Below the pieces are notes generated by a model. It had not been told where the DNA came from, searched no databases, and saw only the letters and a program-made list of their open reading frames with translations. Positions 18,712-27,431 of a stretch of DNA of 43,699 nt are shown one piece after another. The number at the start of each line of letters is the position of its first letter. The first letter of the stretch is position 1. Made by a program: the position numbers and the translations under genes. Source of the DNA: Bacteroidota bacterium (GTDB lineage: Bacteria > Bacteroidota > Ignavibacteria > Kapaibacteriales > UBA2268); NCBI GenBank assembly GCA_009777815.1, contig WRLB01000004.1, positions 1 through 43,699 on the forward strand, given 5' to 3'.

Positions 18712-21700
18712 ATGATTAAAAAATCAGTTATTTTCATGTTTTTGATGGGCATGTTTGCTGCATCAAATTTGGCTTATAGCCAAGCAGTATCCGATACGTT
18801 TGTAAGAAGTATTGGATATACCCCCCCTAGTGGATGGACTCAAACTTATAAAGAGTTCAAGGGCAATTTGTCTTACGATGGCTTTATGGTTCGGGGGGAT
18901 CTAACAGGTACTAATAGTAATAGAAGTATGTTTGCCGCCTATTTTTGTGGTGGAATTTCAGGTGAAGGTTATGGTGCAAACGACACCAGTGCCGCTGTAA
19001 CCTGCCACTTTCCAGTAATAATGGAATCTAATAGGAGTTATACTCTTATTACTTATACACAATCAGAAATAGGGCTAAATGTTCCATGCGACATTATTAA
19101 AATTAGAATTCCTGTTTGGATGGACCCTGGACGTGGAGGTCCTGATTGTCCATATTTTGCATGCACTTGGGAGTTAGGTAGCTTTGGCCAAATATCTATG
19201 AGCGGTGTTACTTGGCCATCAAATTATCAAAATCGTAATCCGACCCCAATAAGGATTTACTTTAAGAATGGTGCCGAAATTAATGGTTTTGACACTATTT
19301 GGAACAGAGGCAACCAACCCGTAGATATATCACCAAGTAGTGGTTGGGTAAATGTTTTTGATGGATATTGGGATCCAGATTATCCTAATTATAATGGTCA
19401 ATTGGTATGGAATGGTATTTCTGATACTGCTACGCTTGTATTAGAATTTGAAACTCCATTTGCTTATACAGGAGGTCATTTAAGTGTAGTATTTGAAAAT
19501 CGAGTGGGTGTTACTGCCGGTGCTCCTTCATCTAATGTAATGGGACCTGATTGGGAACCATATTGGATTTATAGATTTAAATCTTTTCTATCTGTTCCTA
19601 CTACTACTACCGACAACACTGCTCCATATTATGGACCTTTAATAAGTTACTCTGACCATATGTTTGTGTCATATTGGTTTATGTATGATGATGGAACCAG
19701 AGTTTATGCTGGTGGTGCTACTCCTGCTGTTTTTGGACCTGAGCCGCCAAGAACGTGGGTAGTGAATTGGAATGGTGGTGGTGTCCAAGTTGGCGGAGGA
19801 CAAGGTGATATAAGTAATTATACTTTCTTTGCACCATTTAGTTATGCAGGAGTCAAAGGCCCCGGGGGTTCTCTTTTTGGTACAGGTACTCCTCCTGGTG
19901 GTCCTTGTCAATTTAATGCATCAATCCGTCCTAATATGCTATTAACAGGTAAGTTACAAACATTAGGCAATCCTGTTTATGCAACATCCACGGTAAATTC
20001 AGGAAGAGAGACAAGGTATGTAATGTCTGATATGAATATAAATATGGATGGGACAGGTTTTAAACTTAGATTAAAACGTCTAAAATTCACAATAGACGGC
20101 ACAAAACCAGGTATATATCCAACAGCAAGATTATATTATAGTCCAACGGGACTTTATAGTGATACACTTTTTTTAGGTTCTGTTCAGACCACTGCAGGTA
20201 ATAATGAACTTATTGTTACAACTCCGCATATACTTGAAAATGGGGACAACAATTTCATACTTGCTTACGATGTGCCAGAGCCAACAGTATCTAATGGTAT
20301 AGGTTGTAATGACCCGTTAGTATTCAATCTAACAGGTTATGTTTTGGGGAATAGAGAAAATGGTTCTTTAGTAGGTGATACACAAGACCACGAATTCATA
20401 GCAAGTCATACTTCCACAAAATATATGCAGTTTGCAGAGCCAATATTAGTATTAGGAGGTGCTGAAGGTCGGATTACAGACAAACGTTTTTGTATAGAAG
20501 AAACGGGCGACTTTATGAGCATTTCTATAATAGGTAATCTATATGGTGGTTACATATTAGGAAGATATTTTGGTTTCACTTGGGATAGGTCCACAGATGG
20601 TGGTCTGACTTGGGAAACAGGTGTGTCTACTGATTCAATATACGTTTTCCCAAAAGATTATACTTATAATGCTTATAGAGGTTCATTAGTTGGTCCTTCA
20701 AATTGTTCAAGCAATGCTTATTTTGTTTATAACATTATATGGGAAAATCAAAATACAGGTGTTTCTATAGATTACACTGGTACCCTAACTACGCCTGAAT
20801 TAGAAGCGGTAAGTCCGGGTTCAATATTAACATTTACGGCTACGCCTGAATTAGGTAATAATTCTATACCTGCTTATAATTGGCAATATACGTTAGATGG
20901 CGGTCTAACTTGGGGCGAGATAGTAGGTGCAACATCACAAGAATTGGATTACACAATCCCAGTAGGAATGTTTGGTAATGTCGGAGTTAGAGTCCGATTA
21001 AGCGCTCAAAGACCAGAATGTAATTGCCAAAATATAATAAATAGTAATGTTTTCTACTTTAATGTTATAGGCGGAGAAATTGGATTTATTTACGTTAATC
21101 AGCCGCCTGCGAATTTGCATCTATGTCCTAATGGCAGATTAGAACTAATGGTATCATATTCAGGCAGAATAGATGCAACAAGAAGTTGCTGGCAAAAAGA
21201 TGGCGTAGATTTACCATATACAGACAGAGTTTTAACTATAAATGGTTTAAATTTAAGCCATGCAGGTGTATATCGCTATAAAGCCGTAGATACTGCTACC
21301 GTTTTAATAAATGGAGATTATGTAACAATAACCGACAATATTAGTTATTCAAATGTTTGCAATGTAAATATCGTCCAACCATTAGAAATATATTATGTGA
21401 GCAACGCTCAGAACTACGCTGTGCCTGGTCAAAGCGTAGGATTTAAAGTTTATTCTTCTTTTGAAGGAGCAAATGGCGAGCAATTTAATGAAAACTCTAA
21501 TATTGGTTTCCAATGGTATAGGCATCAATCAAATGGCGGTGATGTAAAAATTGATGACAACTATTATTTCAAAGGGGCGCGTTCTAATGCTTTAGTTATC
21601 GTAAATATGCCTGAAAAAGGCGATAATATGTATGAACAACTTTATACTTTTGATGGCGCTTACTATTATTTAGAAATTACTGGTCCTTGTGGCACAGCAA

Positions 21701-22716
21701 ATTCGCGAACTACTCCTATATTTGTAAATCCTGGTGAAGGTATTGACTTTATTAAAAACAATACTAATTTTACAATTTGCGAGAACGATGTAAATGATTT
21801 TACTGCTACTTTTGAAGTTCAAGTGCAAACTCCAGACCTTGATTTAGTTAAATATCAGTGGTATATTGATGGAGTTGCTGCCGAAGATGGTCCAAATGTA
21901 GAAGGAAGCAAAACGCCAAAACTTACATTACATAATCCTAACTTATCAATAAAAACATACTGTGTAGTTTCTGCATTTGTTAATTACTATTTTTTAGATA
22001 TTAGTAGTGAAGAAGCAGAAATAGAAATTACTGATATGGAATTATGGCAGGTAGTGTCGCCAACTGCTGATTTGACATCAACGGAAATAAGAGGTTTCCT
22101 TGAGAATAATGGTGGTATATCAATAAGTATAAGGATAGAAACAAACAAGCCATCAAGCAGTTTTGTATTTGATATCAGTGTTAGTAATTCTGAAGAAACT
22201 ATTCCAATTTATACGGGAACAATTCCTGCAGGAACTTATTTTCAGTCGCAATTTGCTATTGACTATTCAGTAATAGGCGATGATTTACAAAAGATATTAA
22301 ATCTTTTAGAATATGAAGACACTGCCGTTCTAAAAATGAGTGTTACTAACGAGTGTGGTAGCGTTGTTAATGTAGAATGGAATATCATTAAGGTTGAAGA
22401 TGACGAGGAAGAAGAGGATGGTCCTGTAATAAGTAGTATTAAAGGAAATGCTATCGGCGATTTTTCATTAACTCCTAATCCTACAACTGGTATAATCAAT
22501 GTGGCATATAATTCAAATACAGAGATGGAAGTTTCTTTGCAATTATGCAACACAGCAGGAAGCACTATTTTCACATTACACGAAGGAATGGCAAATATTG
22601 GTGAAAATAAATTTGAATTTGATTTAGCAAAACTCAATCTTGCTGCAGGCACTTACACCTTAAAGATTGCAAATAAAAAAGGTTTTATAACCAAACAATT
22701 TGTATTTGTTAGGTAG
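18712..22716 (+). CDS. Large secreted multi-domain protein with Ig-like repeats and T9SS type-A sorting domain
   Basis: Signal peptide (AYS-Q), Ig-like units (YQWY, WQxxxDGGLTW), acidic linker, CTD TPNPT...GTYTLKI...TKQFVFVR. Confidence 0.85.
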   Translation: MIKKSVIFMFLMGMFAASNLAYSQAVSDTFVRSIGYTPPSGWTQTYKEFKGNLSYDGFMVRGDLTGTNSNRSMFAAYFCGGISGEGYGANDTSAAVTCHFPVIMESNRSYTLITYTQSEIGLNVPCDIIKIRIPVWMDPGRGGPDCPYFACTWELGSFGQISMSGVTWPSNYQNRNPTPIRIYFKNGAEINGFDTIWNRGNQPVDISPSSGWVNVFDGYWDPDYPNYNGQLVWNGISDTATLVLEFETPFAYTGGHLSVVFENRVGVTAGAPSSNVMGPDWEPYWIYRFKSFLSVPTTTTDNTAPYYGPLISYSDHMFVSYWFMYDDGTRVYAGGATPAVFGPEPPRTWVVNWNGGGVQVGGGQGDISNYTFFAPFSYAGVKGPGGSLFGTGTPPGGPCQFNASIRPNMLLTGKLQTLGNPVYATSTVNSGRETRYVMSDMNINMDGTGFKLRLKRLKFTIDGTKPGIYPTARLYYSPTGLYSDTLFLGSVQTTAGNNELIVTTPHILENGDNNFILAYDVPEPTVSNGIGCNDPLVFNLTGYVLGNRENGSLVGDTQDHEFIASHTSTKYMQFAEPILVLGGAEGRITDKRFCIEETGDFMSISIIGNLYGGYILGRYFGFTWDRSTDGGLTWETGVSTDSIYVFPKDYTYNAYRGSLVGPSNCSSNAYFVYNIIWENQNTGVSIDYTGTLTTPELEAVSPGSILTFTATPELGNNSIPAYNWQYTLDGGLTWGEIVGATSQELDYTIPVGMFGNVGVRVRLSAQRPECNCQNIINSNVFYFNVIGGEIGFIYVNQPPANLHLCPNGRLELMVSYSGRIDATRSCWQKDGVDLPYTDRVLTINGLNLSHAGVYRYKAVDTATVLINGDYVTITDNISYSNVCNVNIVQPLEIYYVSNAQNYAVPGQSVGFKVYSSFEGANGEQFNENSNIGFQWYRHQSNGGDVKIDDNYYFKGARSNALVIVNMPEKGDNMYEQLYTFDGAYYYLEITGPCGTANSRTTPIFVNPGEGIDFIKNNTNFTICENDVNDFTATFEVQVQTPDLDLVKYQWYIDGVAAEDGPNVEGSKTPKLTLHNPNLSIKTYCVVSAFVNYYFLDISSEEAEIEITDMELWQVVSPTADLTSTEIRGFLENNGGISISIRIETNKPSSSFVFDISVSNSEETIPIYTGTIPAGTYFQSQFAIDYSVIGDDLQKILNLLEYEDTAVLKMSVTNECGSVVNVEWNIIKVEDDEEEEDGPVISSIKGNAIGDFSLTPNPTTGIINVAYNSNTEMEVSLQLCNTAGSTIFTLHEGMANIGENKFEFDLAKLNLAAGTYTLKIANKKGFITKQFVFVR

Positions 22717-22738
22717 TAGTGTTTTACCCTAAATCCGT

Positions 22739-22766
22739 AAGGGCGAACATTGTTCGCCCTTTTTTT
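22739..22766 (+). terminator. Rho-independent terminator (REP-like sequence)
   Basis: AAGGGCGAACA-T-TGTTCGCCCTT plus T-run. Confidence 0.85.
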
Positions 22767-22832
22767 ATTATTTTAAATTGCTTTTTTTCATAAAAAATCC
22801 TTATTTTTGTATAAAAAAGTAAAGCGAATATT

Positions 22833-24284
22833 ATGATAAAGTTTGGAACTGATGGATGGCGTGCGGAAATTGCACGCGACTTTACATTCGAAAATATAAG
22901 ATATGTTGCATTAGCAACTGCTAAATATATCTTGCAAATAGCAGAAATTAAGCAAAAAAATAAACCACCCTCTAAAGCAAAAAGAACACGTCCTATACTC
23001 CCGTCTTGTGTTGTAGGTTATGATACGCGTTTTCTATCAAAAGAATTTGCCTATGAAGTAGCAATGGTGATTGCAAGCCAAGGTGTTGTTGTGCATCTTA
23101 CAGATGATTTTGCTTCTACGCCGCAAGTATCTTTTAATACTAAACAAAAAGGAGCAAACCTTGGAATAGTAATTACTGCAAGCCATAACCCTGCTCAATA
23201 TAATGGTTTCAAAATAAAAGGAACATTCGGCGGACCTGCTACTCCCGAACAAATAGAGGCAGTAGAACAAGAACTAAAAAAAATTGTTGCTAAACCACCA
23301 AATCTAAAATTGCTTCCTTTTGATGATTATGTAGAACAAAAAATGATTAAGTTTTTTGAACATAGAGAACCATATATTCGCACTATAAAAAAGAAAATTG
23401 ATGTTGATGCTATTAGCGATGCAAATCATAAAATTGTATTTGATATGATGTATGGTGCAGGTATGAAAAGTGTAGAGCCACTGCAACTTAATGCTACATT
23501 TATTCATAATGAAATAAATCCACTTTTTGGAAATTTAGGACATCCTGAACCTATTGCAGAAAATCTTACAGAACTATCTCATATTGTTAAAACAGGTAAT
23601 TATGATGTCGGTTTTGCTTTTGATGGTGATGCTGATAGATTAGGGGCTGTAGATCATTTAGGAAACTTTGTTGATTCGCAGAAAATTTTTATGATACTTC
23701 TAAAATATTTCGTTGAGGTTAAAAAGAAACGTGGTGCTGTTGTTAAAACCGTTTCGCTTACTTCTATGGTAGATAAGTATTGTGAAATGAAAAAATTAGA
23801 TTTGATTGAAACTCCTGTCGGATTTAAATATATTGCTGAAAATATGAACAAAACTTCTGTTCTTATTGGCGGCGAAGAATCAGGCGGACTTGCTACAAAT
23901 CTGCATATTCCTGAACGTGATGGAATATTTAATGCTATGTTGTTATTAGAGGTTATGACTGTAAGAAACAAATCTTTGTCCGAACTATGTAATGAATTAG
24001 ATAAAGAATTCGGTGCTTATCGCTTTATGCGAAGAGATAAAATTGTGTCTCAAAAGGTTAAAGATGCTATATTAAATGCCGCACAAAAAGGAATCACTAA
24101 AATAGGTAAAGATGATATTATTAAAACTAATACTAAAGATGGCTATAAGTTTTATGTAAATAATGGTTGGGTTCTTATTAGAGCATCGGGAACAGAACCA
24201 CTTATTAGATTTTATGCTGAATCAGATAGTATTGGTCGCGTTGCAGAATTGATAAATGAAGCAGAAAAGTTAGGGAAAATGTAA
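22833..24284 (+). CDS. Phosphoglucomutase/phosphomannomutase family protein
   Basis: FGTDGWR, TASHNP phosphoserine loop, DGDADR metal loop, GEESGG, RASGTEP. Confidence 0.95.
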   Translation: MIKFGTDGWRAEIARDFTFENIRYVALATAKYILQIAEIKQKNKPPSKAKRTRPILPSCVVGYDTRFLSKEFAYEVAMVIASQGVVVHLTDDFASTPQVSFNTKQKGANLGIVITASHNPAQYNGFKIKGTFGGPATPEQIEAVEQELKKIVAKPPNLKLLPFDDYVEQKMIKFFEHREPYIRTIKKKIDVDAISDANHKIVFDMMYGAGMKSVEPLQLNATFIHNEINPLFGNLGHPEPIAENLTELSHIVKTGNYDVGFAFDGDADRLGAVDHLGNFVDSQKIFMILLKYFVEVKKKRGAVVKTVSLTSMVDKYCEMKKLDLIETPVGFKYIAENMNKTSVLIGGEESGGLATNLHIPERDGIFNAMLLLEVMTVRNKSLSELCNELDKEFGAYRFMRRDKIVSQKVKDAILNAAQKGITKIGKDDIIKTNTKDGYKFYVNNGWVLIRASGTEPLIRFYAESDSIGRVAELINEAEKLGKM

Positions 24285-24305
24285 AATTAAATTATTAGAA
24301 CCTAT

Positions 24306-24343
24306 AAAATGTTATGCTGAATTAATACGGCATAACATTTTTT
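24306..24343 (+). terminator. Hairpin terminator derived from family-A repeat
   Basis: AAAATGTTATGC...GCATAACATTTT plus T-run, 21 nt after the stop. Confidence 0.65.
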
Positions 24344-24355
24344 ATATTTAATTAC

Positions 24356-24382
24356 GAGATTCCGAAACAAGTTCAGAATGAC
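24356..24382 (-). repeat. Family-A palindromic repeat
   Basis: GAGATTCCGAAACAAGTTCAGAATGAC. Confidence 0.8.
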
Positions 24383-24393
24383 AGATTTTTGTT

Positions 24394-24550
24394 CAGGTTT
24401 TTCTAATTATTTTTAGAAATTTCTAATTAGTAAACAGGTTTTTCTAATTTATTTTAGAAATTTCTAATTAGTGACAGGTTTTTCTAATTATTTTTAGAAA
24501 TTTCTAATTAGTAAACAGGTTTTTCTAATTATTTTTAGAAATTTCTAATT
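24394..24550. repeat. Tandem array, ~3.9 copies of a 40-41-bp unit
   Basis: CAGGTTTTTCTAATTATTTTTAGAAATTTCTAATTAGTAAA starting at 24394, 24435, 24475, 24516. Confidence 0.95.
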
Positions 24551-24584
24551 TATTTTTGCTTGGTTATATAATGTTTAGTTATAT

Positions 24585-24612
24585 TTAGCACGGGGATGAA
24601 TCCCCGTGTTAA
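24585..24612. repeat. Family-B palindrome
   Basis: TTAGCACGGGGAT-GA-ATCCCCGTGTTAA. Confidence 0.85.
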
Positions 24613-24627
24613 TTACGAGCAAAATCA

Positions 24628-24699
24628 AGTAAAATATGAGTAAATCCGAGTAAAAATTAGTAAAATTATGTAAAATATGAGTAAATCCGAGTAAAATCG
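24628..24699. repeat. Tandem array of seven 10-11-bp units with (A)GTAAA core
   Basis: AGTAAAATATG AGTAAATCCG AGTAAAAATT AGTAAAATTA TGTAAAATATG AGTAAATCCG AGTAAAATCG. Confidence 0.85.
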
Positions 24700-24816
24700 G
24701 CGAACCGCCGAAGGTAATTTGTTAGCAATAATTAGCATTCGGAATAACAAATTTTAATAGGTTACTCATTACATAAACTAATTTTTCTTATATTTGTGAA
24801 AATTAGAGATATTTGT

Positions 24817-25707
24817 ATGATAAAATATAAACAAATAACACAAATAGAACCATATATTTTAGAAAAAAATATAGACCAATGGTTAGATGAAGATAAAGCC
24901 GAAATAGATATGACTACTCGCTATTGCGTCCCTAATAAATCTATATGCAACGCTATTATTGAAGCAGAAAATGAATGCGTTTTTGTAGGAGAACAAGTAA
25001 TTAATTATATATTTAAAAAGTGTAAAATAAATATAAAAGTTAAAGATGGCGATATTGTGAAAAAAAACGAAATTATTGCTGAAATAAACGGCAAATCCAA
25101 ATATATTTTGTCTCGCGAAAGAGTTATGTTAAATATAATTCAGCGTCTATCGGGGATTGCAACCACTACCAAACAATATGTAGATATTGCCAAACCATAT
25201 AATGTTCAGATTTTAGATACAAGGAAAACTACGCCCGGCATGAGACATTTTGAAAAATATGCCGTGTATGCAGGAGGTGGAACGAACCACCGATTTGATT
25301 TGGCGTCTGCTATTTTAATTAAAGATAATCACATCGTGGCGGGCGGAAGTATTGAAAATGTAATTAAAAACGTCAATGAAAAAAATAAATATAACCTCCA
25401 AATTGAATTAGAAATCGATAATATAGAACAATTAAAAAATGCACTTAAACTCGGAGTTAAAGGGTTTTTATTGGATAATATGCCGCCTGATGAAATCAAA
25501 AAATGCGTAGAGTTAATTCGCAATAGCAATGATGATGGCGAAGATATATTTATTGAAGCATCGGGCGGAATTACATTAGAAAACTTGCCTAAATATCTTA
25601 CTACGGGCATAAATGCTATTTCTATTGGTGCTTTAACACATCGGATTGTATCGGCAGATATACATTTGAATTTTACGCATAGCACACTCGTTTCAGCATC
25701 TACATAA
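24817..25707 (+). CDS. nadC: Nicotinate-nucleotide diphosphorylase (carboxylating)
   Basis: ERVMLN, LSGIAT, DTRKTTPG, NHRFDL, LIKDNH, LLDNM, EASGGI motifs; ATG 24817 lies 20 nt after promoter motif. Confidence 0.96.
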   Translation: MIKYKQITQIEPYILEKNIDQWLDEDKAEIDMTTRYCVPNKSICNAIIEAENECVFVGEQVINYIFKKCKINIKVKDGDIVKKNEIIAEINGKSKYILSRERVMLNIIQRLSGIATTTKQYVDIAKPYNVQILDTRKTTPGMRHFEKYAVYAGGGTNHRFDLASAILIKDNHIVAGGSIENVIKNVNEKNKYNLQIELEIDNIEQLKNALKLGVKGFLLDNMPPDEIKKCVELIRNSNDDGEDIFIEASGGITLENLPKYLTTGINAISIGALTHRIVSADIHLNFTHSTLVSAST

Positions 25708-25781
25708 AATTAGGGGATGCTGAAATGAATTCAGCATGACAGAAGCAAAATATCCGTCATGCTGAACTTGTTTCAGCATCT
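25678..25781. repeat. Cluster of three alternating family-A repeats overlapping the nadC 3' end
   Basis: ...ACTCGTTTCAGCATCT / GGATGCTGAAATGAATTCAGCATGAC / GTCATGCTGAACTTGTTTCAGCATCT. Confidence 0.9.
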
Positions 25782-25845
25782 ACATAAAAGCATAATATTT
25801 CTTAAATGTTTTTCATTATTTTTGTAAAAAATAATATAAAAAAAT

Positions 25846-27291
25846 ATGAACCTACAACGACTATTTGCAAGAAAAGATATAAAAAAACTTATAGAAGAAG
25901 CAGGAACAGGGAATACTCTTAAACGAACCCTTACAACAACTAATCTCGTAGCACTTGGAATCGGTGCTATAGTTGGAACAGGGATCTTCGTAATTACAGG
26001 ACAAGCAGCAGCCGAATATGCAGGACCAGCATTAACTATTTCATTTGTTATATCAGCACTTGCGTGTGTATTTGCAGGGTTATGTTATGCTGAACTTGCA
26101 GCAATGATACCCGTATCGGGAAGCGTATATTCTTATTCATATGCTACTATTGGCGAATTTATTGCGTGGTTTATAGGATGGGATTTGATATTAGAATATA
26201 TGTTTGCTTGTTCTACGGTTGCTGTTGGATGGTCTGGATATATGAATAATTTATTAGCAAGTATTGGATTTATTATTCCACCACATTTAGCACAATCTAC
26301 ATTAGAACATACAAAAGATGGATGGTTCTTTACAGGAAGTATTATTAACTTTCCTGCAATGTTTATAATTGCAATTCTAACTACTTTTCATTTATTAGGA
26401 ACTAAAAACTCCGCTAAACTTAATAACATTATGGTTGTTGTTAAAGTCGCTGTTGTATTACTATTTATCGGTTTCGGATTATCTTATATAGATACAACAA
26501 ATTGGATTCCTTATATACCTGAAAATACAGGCGAGTTCGGACATTTCGGTTGGAGCGGTATTTTTAGAGGTGCTGCCGTTGTATTCTTTGCTTATATCGG
26601 ATTTGATGCACTATCAACAACAGCACAAGAAGCAATTAATCCACAAAAAACAATGCCACGAGGAATACTAATATCTCTTGCTATTTGTGTAGTTCTATAT
26701 ATAGCCGTAACAGCAATAATGACAGGTATAGTCCCATATTACGAACTCGGTGTTGATGCTCCCGTTGCATTAGCAATAGATAGAACAGACGGAGCATTAA
26801 GTTGGATAAGTCCGCTAATAAAACTCGGCGCAATAGTAGGAATGACATCAGTGCTATTAGTAATGTTATTAGGGCAAGCAAGAATATATTATGCAATATC
26901 ACGAGATCACTTATTACCTTCTTTTCTTTGCAAAGTAACAAAAAAAGGTGTTCCACGAAATGCACAAATTATTGCAGGAGTTATATCAGGTTTAGTCGCA
27001 GGAATATTCCCTTTGCACTCATTAGCAGAAATGGTATCAGTCGGAACATTACTTGCGTTTGCTATAGTATGTTTTGCTATTATATTTTTACGAAAAGCAC
27101 AACCCGATTTACAGCGTCCTTTTAAAGTTCCATTAGTTCCTTTTATTCCGATTATGGGAGCAACTATTTGTTTAATACAAATAGCAGCGCTGCCAATGAC
27201 AACAATACTACGATTAGTAGGTTGGGCAGCAATAGGTATAATTATCTATTTTATATACGGAATAAAAAATAGCAAATTAAATAAAATATAA
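25846..27291 (+). CDS. APC-family amino acid permease
   Basis: GIGAIVGTGIF, YAELAAMIPVSGSVYSY, FFAYIGFD motifs; ~12 TM helices. Confidence 0.95.
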   Translation: MNLQRLFARKDIKKLIEEAGTGNTLKRTLTTTNLVALGIGAIVGTGIFVITGQAAAEYAGPALTISFVISALACVFAGLCYAELAAMIPVSGSVYSYSYATIGEFIAWFIGWDLILEYMFACSTVAVGWSGYMNNLLASIGFIIPPHLAQSTLEHTKDGWFFTGSIINFPAMFIIAILTTFHLLGTKNSAKLNNIMVVVKVAVVLLFIGFGLSYIDTTNWIPYIPENTGEFGHFGWSGIFRGAAVVFFAYIGFDALSTTAQEAINPQKTMPRGILISLAICVVLYIAVTAIMTGIVPYYELGVDAPVALAIDRTDGALSWISPLIKLGAIVGMTSVLLVMLLGQARIYYAISRDHLLPSFLCKVTKKGVPRNAQIIAGVISGLVAGIFPLHSLAEMVSVGTLLAFAIVCFAIIFLRKAQPDLQRPFKVPLVPFIPIMGATICLIQIAALPMTTILRLVGWAAIGIIIYFIYGIKNSKLNKI

Positions 27292-27329
27292 AAAGAAAAT
27301 AATACTCTTCGCCATTGCGAGCAAGTTTT

Positions 27330-27390
27330 AACACGGGGATTCATCCCCGTGCTGAAAAAAATGGGGATGCTGAAACGAGTTCAGTATGAC
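27330..27390. repeat. Family-B palindrome followed by family-A repeat between convergent genes
   Basis: AACACGGGGATTCATCCCCGTGCT (27330-27353) and GGATGCTGAAACGAGTTCAGTATGAC (27365-27390). Confidence 0.85.
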
Positions 27391-27431
27391 AGAAGATGGA
27401 ATATGTGAGTTTTTATTCATAGATGTTGTAT

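Noticed and set aside
11253-22716. Diversity-generating retroelement acting on surface proteins
   Set aside because: No reverse transcriptase and no TR/VR pair with adenine-specific differences; the 80-bp repeat is non-coding and differs by mixed transitions.
24394-24550. Possible CRISPR array
   Set aside because: Units are contiguous with no unique spacers, and no cas genes are in the window.
24697-24790. Riboswitch upstream of nadC
   Set aside because: Hairpins lie upstream of the predicted promoter element at 24789 and match no aptamer I recognise.
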